A program made the position numbers and the translations under genes. A stretch of DNA of 64,000 nucleotides. It comes from Octopus vulgaris. Taxonomy: Eukaryota. The number at the start of each line of letters is the position of its first letter. Within the stretch, counting starts at the first letter, position 1. The notes beneath the pieces are model-generated. The model was not told the DNA's origin. It did no database searches and worked only from the letters and a program-made list of their open reading frames with translations. The stretch is taken from assembly GCA_951406725.2 (NCBI GenBank), contig OX597814.1, forward strand, positions 210,490,001 to 210,554,000, in the 5' to 3' direction. This document shows positions 54,963-64,000 of this stretch, in pieces.

Positions 54963-56101
54963 TTTCATTTCGTTAGTTCTATATCTTGCTGTGACTATAG
55001 CAGCTTTTAATAAAATGTTTTCATTATTAACTGCATAGAGGTCTATATGTAATCTAGCTAACTCCACGCAGTCTTGTACCTATAATTGACCATAATAATA
55101 ATAATAATAATGTCCAAGTAGCTTTAATACTGCTACTCCTGCCCTTGGGTGGAGTCGTTCATTCATATTGAATTCCTTCCTAGACCTTCTTTTGTCCAAT
55201 CAACAAAAGCTGCTGAGTATGTAAATAATGATACTGCCCAAGTATTTACAGCCTTCAGTAGATTCGGACAATTTAGCTTTGACTTCATTAGCTTCCTCAC
55301 TTTTCTGACGTACACCTCCTCTATTTTCGTTTTCATTCTGTTGTTAGCACTCTGCCATATTCTAATACTACTAGATACTTATAACTCTCTCCACCTTTCA
55401 ATGATATAAACGTCTGGCCGTCTGGTAACCGGATGCCTTCACTGTTGACTAACTGCCCTCTTCTAATGACTAATATTGCACACTTATTTATGCCAAATTC
55501 CATGCCAATATATTTGCTGGAGAGTCCTCCAGTCTGTATTAAAGAATCTGTCTCTTTTTTCATTTTTACTTAAGTGCTTCAGATCATCCATGTAGAGCAA
55601 ATGGTTATTTTTTCCATTGGAACCTCTGAACTGCTACCCTGCCTTTGATTCCCTTAATACTAAACTGAAGGGGATCAAACAGAAGACAAAGATTAAAGAG
55701 GATATTATCTTTCCCTAAGAGAGTAAAGATCTACTTCCCATTTCTTCATGCTGAACCTAACTAATTCTCTTATGTTTTCTGCTATACTGAATAAACACAA
55801 ACATTCACTTATCGATGAGTGTGGGAGCATGTCATATAATCTATACATGTTATTGTTAGATATTTCTTTCTAGCTTTTACTTCATTTATAACTGTTTTGT
55901 CTATATATAATAGATCAAGTATTCTTCTAGCCAACTTCTTGCAACCTTTCTGGTAGTAAATTCAGGTTGTCAAGGTGTTCATAAATGCTTTCTGAAAGCA
56001 TTCCTGCTAATATCTTCCACATTAATGCTAAGTAAGTGATTGGTCTATACCTGCTCAGACACGTTAGCGCGCTGGGCGGAATGCTTAACGGTATTTCGTC
56101 T

Positions 56102-56221
56102 GCTGACGGCCATATCACGTTGAAAGCACCGGTTCTCGTCCGATCACCGAAGTTAAGCAACATCGAGCCTAGTTAGTACTTAGATGGGTGACCGCTTGGG
56201 AAACCTAGGTGCTGTAAGCAT
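56102..56221 (+). rRNA. Full-length (120 nt) 5S rRNA copy, probably a retropseudogene
   Basis: GCTGACGGCCATATCACGTTGAAAGCACCGGTTCTCGTCCGATCACCGAAGTTAAGCAAC...AGTTAGTACTTAGATGGGTGACCGCTTGGGAAACCTAGGTGCTGTAAGCAT. The ends pair as helix I with one mismatch. No oligo-T terminator; solitary copy. Confidence 0.95.
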
Positions 56222-56222
56222 A

Positions 56223-56638
56223 AGGCGGCGAGCTGGCAGAAACGTTAGCACACTGGGCAAAATGCGTAGCCGTATTTTGTCTGCCATTACTTTCTAAGTT
56301 CAAATTCTGCCGAGGTCGACTTTGCCTTTCATCCTTTCAGGGTCGATAAATTAACTACCAGTTACACACTGGGGTCGATGTAATCGACTTAATCCGTTTC
56401 TCTGTCCTTGTTTGTCCTCTCTGTGTTTATCCACTTGTGGGTAGTAAAGAAATAGGTATTTCGTCTGTCGTTACGTTCTGAGTTCAAATTCCGCCGAGGT
56501 CGACTTTGCCTTTCATCTTTTCGGGGTCGATAAATAAAAGTACCAGTTTCGCACTGGGATCGATGTAATTGACTTAATCCGTTTGTCTGTCCTTGTTTGC
56601 CCTCTCTATGTTTAGTCCCTTGTGGGCAATAAAGAAAT
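56223..56638 (+). mobile_element. SINE family B: full copy plus tandem 5'-truncated copy
   Basis: GGCGGCGAGCTGGCAGAAACGTTAGCAC head; the body from about 56271 to 56452 is repeated at about 56455-56638. Confidence 0.9.
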
Positions 56639-57611
56639 ATATATTACTTTTGCTCTTATCCATCGTAATGCGTATTGTTCTCCCTCTAATCCTCCAATCT
56701 CGTATTATTCCTCCATTAGGACAAGCCTTAAGTTGTTCCGTCAACTCCCATGTACACTACTGAATTTCTTTACCCTGTACCCTTGAACTAAATCTGGTAT
56801 TGGGCCCTCCAGTTCGGCATTTTTGCTAATACCTTACTCATTAATACACCAGTTAATCTTAGATCTGGCTGCTTTTCACTCACTACTTATTACCTCACTT
56901 TCTTTAACCATACTACATCCTCATTATGATTGACTGGTTTGTCCGCAATATTACTCCAGAACTTTCTAGGTTCCTCTGCCTTAGGTTTCTCAAATTCAGT
57001 ACTTTATTCTCCACTATTTATTTGGTTAAAACATCCCTTCTGGTCTTTCTCAAATAATCTACTCTGTCGATACTGATCTATTCTTTTCCGGAGAGCTTGT
57101 CTGGTACTGTTATGGTACGCTGTTTAAACCTTCTCTTATTGTCCCAAATCCTTTCCTTTAAATCATCTTTCCTCGAGGCAAGATTTGCATCTTGAGTTTC
57201 CTAACTTGTTTGTTTTCCAGACTTGTATTCAACTCAGATCTTCACTTTCTTTAGTAGTCTCCTTTTCCACATTTTATCCTTTGTAACCTCTCCCTGTGAG
57301 ATATCTAATCTCCTGGTAACTACTGCCCCTCCTGCATAGATCAATAAGCTAGTCTTCTTTATTTTTAGCATCTATCCTACTGATAACAGAATCTACTTTG
57401 CTATTCATTTCTTGTAACTTCCTTCTGTTGGTACATTTTAATGCTGACAGTATATTTCTTACTTCTTTACTCATTACTTCCTGCAACTCATATAAAATCT
57501 TGTGATCTTCCTCACTTAAATCACTTAAGACGTTGGTGCCAGATGTCCTTCCTTATTGGTAATTCCATTATAATTTTTTCCCTTAGGTTCATCTTCCGTT
57601 TGAGCTGTTTC

Positions 57612-57626
57612 TATTATTATTATTAC

Positions 57627-57677
<51 letters not shown>

Positions 57678-57793
57678 CATTATCATCATCATCATGATTA
57701 TGATTATTATTATTATTATTGTTATTGTTATTATTAATATCATTATCATCATCATCATGATTATCTTTGTGATTATGATTATGATTATTATTA

Positions 57794-57843
<50 letters not shown>

Positions 57844-57952
57844 ATCATTATCATTATCATCATGATTATGCTTATTATTATTATTATTGTTATTATTATT
57901 ATTAATATCATTATCATCATCATCATGATTATCTTTGTGATTATGATTATGA

Positions 57953-57986
<34 letters not shown>
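57612..57986 (+). repeat. Compound (TTA)n/(TCA)n/(TGATTA)n repeat with higher-order blocks
   Basis: The block ttattaatatcattatcatcatcatcatgattatctttgtgattatgattatgat recurs. Confidence 0.9.
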
Positions 57987-57987
<1 letters not shown>

Positions 57988-60060
57988 TGGCTGTATAACA
58001 AACCTAGAATATGTGTGTCGTTGAAAAGACAGAAACCTCTGCTTTCCGACTGGGAACATTCCCTTATGCTGTTATTTATACACCCATATATTTATACATA
58101 TTATATTTGTTAACTGTTCGTGCTTGCGCCTGTGTGTATGTGTGTGTGTTTGTGTGTGTATGTGCGTGTGTATGTGCGTGTGTATGTGTGTGTGTGTGTG
58201 TAGGTGTGCGTGTATGTGTATGTGTGTACATTTTCAAAATTTTCTTGATTAGAATTACTACAATTGATATAAAACTTATATTGTGATTTTTACCAGGACA
58301 TAGCAGACAAAATTCCGAATACGTGACTATTGTTAATGCTAATATTTTGCCTCAAAGAATGTAAAACTCTCAATATCCTGATTCTCTAATAAGAATTATT
58401 GTTAAAGACTATTTCAGTAACAAATGTGTTATCAAAAAAAAAAAGCGTATTCTAACATCTCACTCTCTTTAAAACATGACATGTGAGTCTTTAACATATG
58501 TGAACCTCGCCCCACAAAAATATAAAAAAAGAAAGAAGCAGAAAGCGGAGAGTTTAGAATCACATGTCAATATTAACACATGCCCTGACCTTGTCTTACA
58601 TAAATAATCCCTGCCTTTCTTCCTAAATGTGTATCTCAAACACCCAGCAGCCCAGAAAGCAATTGAATTTACTTTATTCAAATACGAGTAGGAAATAGCA
58701 TGCATTTCAATTCCGAGTAAAGAGTGGTTGCTCTTCATAATCAAATAAATTCAATTCAATAATGTATCAGCTGAAATTGAAAGGGCAACTTTAATGAACG
58801 GGATAGTGGGTGATGTATAATGTCTTACGCATAAATTGATAGCAATCGCTTCAGTAGGCAATCAAGTTTGCCAGTTTGCATCTCTGTGCAGGAGAACACA
58901 TTCATACGCATACCATACATACACAGACATGCGCACAAACACATATACACTATTCTATACGCACACATAGATATAAACACACACATACACTTGCGGGTGA
59001 TCTGACTTTATTTCGTTATTTCAGGGTTAACTAAACGCTTCCTCTCATCTAGAGGTGCGTGTCTGGATGGCTGCCATATCACTGAATCTTCACGAGTTTT
59101 GCAGAAATTTCCCAACATTACTATTTCCTATGTGTATAGATAAGGATTTTAATAGCAATATAAGTAAATACTGATGTATCAGTAGGCCAGCTTGTATGAC
59201 CAACATCATTAACATTGAAATGGTTAAGTAGATCAAAGCATAGATTAGTGTTAGACAGTAAGGAAGTTTATGACTACGTTTTATGAGCTTATTTTATTAA
59301 ATTATAGTATCGACACATGTGACGAATTTTTATCTAATCGTTTTATCGGAATAGTTATCAAACAGTTTTATCAGAATATTCATAAAACTATTTTAAATAA
59401 ATTACGCTCACATTTTCTTTAAATTATTCCAGCGAATATTACGACGTGGCATTAACAACCTAATTTATGAAATTAATTTAGACAATTAAATTAATTCTTT
59501 CATGAATGTTGATGATCAATCTCCCCAACACGGTAAAGCTGTCGAATTTTAGTGGGTGTCAGTTTTAAATAGGATACATCACTAAATCACCAAAGCTATA
59601 ACCACGCTCAGGAGAAGCGGTTAGCACCGTTTCTATGTAAGATCGAACTGGAGTCTCCGCTTATAATAACGTAAATATCTTTATAGAAATATCTTTAGGA
59701 AAAATTCATGTATTTCAGATTTATTAATACTCTGACTGTGAACTTGAAGCCGACACCTCTCATAATTAAATTTACGTTCACTCACTCACTAATCTTTAGA
59801 ATATTATAAACTTTACAGACCAAACAATATCATACAGAGATGCATGACCAGGGTGAAGAGTATGACCAGGGTGAGGAATGTACGATAGTGTATTAATTTC
59901 TCTATGTAAATGTACTAGTCAACCGTTAATTCCACGACGAGGTTTTGGAATTTCCCATCATATATTTCACATCATATAAAAAAGTAAGATAATTATATGT
60001 GTGACTACATGCATATATAAATCAGTCCATCCATCAATACATCCGTACACACACACACAT

Positions 60061-60098
<38 letters not shown>

Positions 60099-60496
60099 AC
60101 ACACCACACAAACACACACAGACAGACACACACTCACACATACACACATACATATGTATATACACCCACAACCACGCTAATAGGTTACAAGTGAAATTTA
60201 CTATTTCTTGGTTTTCTGTGAATCGATTTTGATAAAGCTTTTCCCATCTGGTTTTGCACACTATGTCAACACTATTGTTGTGTTTTCATTATTCTGTGTA
60301 ACGGCCTTTCTTTTCTATTTCAGATCCTTCAGGTTTAGGGTGAAACATGGTAATAGATTTTGAATGAAAATAGCCCATCTGGATAGTTTTTAATGACAAT
60401 AAATGGCAATGATACATATAAAGCATACTTTAAATATATATTTAACAGAAAACCATAATATGTATGTATGTATGCATATATATATATATATATGTG

Positions 60497-60759
60497 TGTC
60501 ATCTCTTGTGAAAGGTAGGAGAGTCCAGTTTGCTGGACATTGTTGTAGAGCTGAAAATGAAGTAATTTCTACTCTTCTCCTCTGGAAGCCATCTACTCGC
60601 AATGCCAGAGGGCGCACACTCTCCTACCCTGATGTAATCTCTAGGGATACATGCATCCAGCAACAGGACCTCCGTAATGCCATGATGGACCGTGAAGTCT
60701 GGCGTAGCATGGTAAATTCCATTGTCTCGTCCACGGTCGAATAATGATGATGATGATGA

Positions 60760-60762
<3 letters not shown>
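60497..60762 (+). mobile_element. RTE-clade LINE 3' end with (TGA)n tail
   Basis: Open frame RRVQFAGHCCRAENEVISTLLLWKP..GRTLSYPDVISRDT..LRNAMMDREVWRSMV..*, then (TGA)n. Confidence 0.85.
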
Positions 60763-60797
<35 letters not shown>

Positions 60798-61004
60798 GAA
60801 GGTTTGGAGATGATGTACATGTATCATATATTAGAAAAAATGAGGTAATCAGATCAGATGGTTCATATTTGTAGATATTTATTTATATATTACATTTTTT
60901 ACATATACATCATATCATATCATTCGGATTAGCGCTTGCTCCCATTCTAGTGGGCTTTTCAAATCTCTCTATATATATATGTAACAGAGAAACAATATTT
61001 ATAT

Positions 61005-61110
61005 ATCATCTGAGGAAAGGCAAGCAGATCCTATAACGATGGGAAACGGTTACATAAATAAATACTTGCAAAACTGAAGAACTATGAGGCCTGGAAACAA
61101 TTGTAGTGAT
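61005..61110 (+). ncRNA. Type I hammerhead ribozyme motif
   Basis: atcat-CTGAGGA-a-aggc...gcct-g-GAAA-caattg-TA-gtgat. Intact core, GUA triplet, same caattg stem III as 3792-3887. Confidence 0.75.
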
Positions 61111-61167
61111 TAGAAATATATGATCCTGTGTACTCGTTTTTGCCTACAACTTATTGAGTTACATTCA

Positions 61168-61450
61168 TGCATACATGGCTCAGATTTTAGGGTGTTGCAC
61201 TCATGACTGCGAGATCGTTGGTTCGATTTCCAGACTGGGAGCTGCGTTGAGTTCTTAAGCAATGCACTTTATTTAATATTGCTCTGCTAACATTTCGTCA
61301 CATGACATTTGGTATACGGTACAACTCTATAAGTAATGCCGAGTTGATGGTGGGAATGAGCTTATGTGTACACAAATTTTGATCTGAGTTATTTTTCGGC
61401 AGGAAATGGCCGAATCCTCATACGTCGTCTTACGACAGGAATGTCCGTGG
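61168..61450 (+). mobile_element. Degenerate tRNA-derived SINE
   Basis: tggctcag A-box-like and ggttcgatttcc B-box-like motifs, then gttgagttcttaagcaatgcacttt. Confidence 0.6.
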
Positions 61451-62003
61451 TTCACTCGGACACACACACACACCCACAAACACACACACACGCACACTCA
61501 CGCGCGCACACACAATCACGCACATATTCACACATTTAGTAGAATAATAAATAGAAAGTTATTGGTGCAGTATTATATATATTTGAAAGAATGGTTAGAG
61601 ATGGCATTTCTGAGGGCAAATTTTTTATTTTGTAAACATTATTAAAATTTTAAAAAATTATTCCCTCAAAAAAGCCATCTCTACTCATTCTCTTGAATAC
61701 ACCACCGCATATACACACATACACAAACACACACGTGCATATATATATATATATGTAATATATATGTAATATATACCTATTTATCTATCTATATACATAC
61801 ATGCATACATACACACATATAAACATACATATATACATATACACACACACACACACACATATATATATACACACACACACACATATATATATATATGTAT
61901 GTATGTATACATATGCATATGTATATATATATATTTTATTTTGGGAAAGTGGAAATTTTACCGGTGAATGTGATAAATTATAAGACAAAGACTCTTCCCA
62001 ACA

Positions 62004-62065
<62 letters not shown>

Positions 62066-62067
<2 letters not shown>

Positions 62068-62127
62068 CATTCTGCAGAATTGAGCATTCTGCAGAATTGA
62101 GCATTCTGCAGAATTGAGCATTCTGCA
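62066..62127 (+). repeat. 17-bp tandem repeat (AGCATTCTGCAGAATTG), about 3.6 units
   Basis: Read directly; each unit contains the palindrome ATTCTGCAGAAT. Confidence 0.95.
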
Positions 62128-62148
62128 TTTTTTAAAAAAAATTTTCCT

Positions 62149-62207
<59 letters not shown>

Positions 62208-63394
62208 GAGACAGAGAGAGAGAGAGAGAGTGGGACAGAGGGACAGCTTGAGTTAGATGGTTAGACAGATAGTTAAATAGATCATGTATGTTCTTGTTGC
62301 ACGAGGCATATATGTGCTCTTGGATGTTGAAATGTATTGCTAACCGTTTCCCTGAAAAAGAGCACATCTGCCTAAATATATATTATAACCATTGTCACTT
62401 GAAATGCGTGAATCACGCCTTACAGCAGCAGCTCCATTTCGTTGCAGCTCAGTTTCACTTGACAGTCAAGGAGTTTAGATTAAGAGAGTGCATACTGGAT
62501 AACATATATCTGTGTATGTGTAAATTTAGGATGAACTGTGCAAATATTCCCGAAACATAATTGTAATCTCAGAGCAAAAAAAATATTCTGAAGATGTCAA
62601 CCAAAGTTCAGAAGCTGATATTGATGTATTCTTTTGCATGTGATTTAGTTTCTCTAGTCACACCAAACGCCGCCAATATCCTTTTATTCATCTGTTGTTA
62701 GGTAAATTATGCAAGTTTCTGGACACTGATAAACGATGTGATGCTATCAACAACTGAAGTAATGTTATCTACAGTCTGATGAACGACGTTTGTGAATGAA
62801 GGAAAATACCGAGCATTGCTTTGAATGGATAGTATATTATGTTAATATACAATATACTTAAAAGATGATATGAGTGGCACTTAGGTTTACTAGAAATACT
62901 GAATATGGATTTCATGTTTTATGACATAGATGTCAAAATATCGTAGCACATGATGACTTGTCGTTCAGTAAGTCTTATGAACAGATAAACCTGTGACTTG
63001 TTTACAGTTAGTTTTCTCAGCATTATTTTGTAAGGAATGAAGAATTTTGCATATGATTTCGCATATAAATCCGGTGCATTATAATGGTAGCATGTGCATA
63101 AGCTCTCAGATGTAATATAGCTTTATTTTTGATAAGTACATTTATTGTCAGTTGAAATAAAAGAGACCCACGTTTCTTCCGCTGATGAAACATATATCAG
63201 GTGATTGTTCACACTTTTATACGAACAGGTTACAATTTATTGACACTATATTTTCACTGCCACTCTCAGCATTATATGTGATTTCCTATGCGTACGTACT
63301 AAAAACATATATTAATATTACTGTGTGTACATATATTATGTACATATATATACATAAATATGTTTTGAGTACACATACACATATACTATGTATG

Positions 63395-63477
<83 letters not shown>

Positions 63478-64000
63478 AATACACCGTCACTTAAAAGTGA
63501 CCAAAAGTGCAGCGAGCACCAGGATTGCGAGAAATAACAGTCGGAGATTTTTTAACCACAGAAAGCACATGTTCTACTCGGCTAACATGGGAGATATCAT
63601 CCCTACCGCAAGCGAGGTACATTAAGTTAGCATGCTTATTTGTATAGACATTAATACTCATCAGTAATGCTTACTCAATAGCGGGTGGTGAAGCTGAACT
63701 CAAGGCTGTCAATACTTGTAGATTTTACCAAAGGAATCAGCGGCTGATTCCGCACAATGGCTAGATGCAATTTAAAACAAAAAAGAAACAATTCATTGTC
63801 ACTACAAAGCGACTAAGTTTAGAGGGATTACCGGCGTTGCTGGAAATAAGTGTCAGAAACGTCTAAGCCACAGTCAGCACGTGTATTTAACTGTCTGTTT
63901 GCCGACCGGCGACGTCGTATGAGGTCGTACTGCTATGTGGTGGTCTTTTGTACGCTGAGCTTCTCCCCTGTTCGTCGATTTTTGTGATAGTTGAAACAAA

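Larger units (their letters stand above)
55110..57615 (-). mobile_element. R4/Dong-like non-LTR retrotransposon, decayed N-terminal region and RT
   Basis: LIYAGGAVV..WKRRL; GRTI..DKSKSNI | SRYRPITYLALMWKILAG..LLPE; NHLLYMDDLK; IGMEFGINKCAIL..GIRLPDG..YKYL; NTWAVS. Interrupted at 56056-56640. Confidence 0.9.

Noticed and set aside
56102-56221. Functional 5S rDNA array
   Set aside because: Single copy with no terminator, flanked by SINE sequence inside a LINE.
60323-60331. 9-nt micro-exon candidate (tttctatttcag|ATCCTTCAG|gtttag), and similar ones near 7890 and 11757
   Set aside because: Weak donors and no supporting gene structure.
62066-62127. CRISPR-like palindromic repeats
   Set aside because: No spacers, 17-bp unit, eukaryotic context and no cas genes.

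Overview
AT-rich, microsatellite-saturated eukaryotic intergenic or intronic DNA. The SINE, RTE and (TA)n/(TAA)n landscape suggests an octopus or other coleoid cephalopod genome (inference from recalled repeat sequences, not from a search). No intact host protein-coding gene is supported: the long ORFs are microsatellite artefacts or decayed transposon remnants. Identifiable content: (1) many tRNA-derived SINEs of several families; (2) Penelope-like element (PLE) remnants with GIY-YIG fragments and about a dozen type I hammerhead ribozyme motifs, mostly between (TA)n tracts, including a young tandem plus inverted pLTR-like structure at 2.8-4.0 kb; (3) a nest of R4/Dong-like restriction-endonuclease LINEs and a 560-bp non-autonomous element in (TAA)n repeats at 47-57.6 kb, with a 2.28-kb tandem duplication and a 2-kb (TAA)n array; (4) a full-length 5S rRNA copy fused between SINE pieces and inserted in a LINE RT; (5) RTE LINE remnants with C2H2 fingers, mariner and DD37D-type transposase relics, and a non-autonomous Helitron; (6) an isolated pre-miRNA-like hairpin at 29.7 kb. 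All coordinates were counted by eye; repeat edges are approximate.
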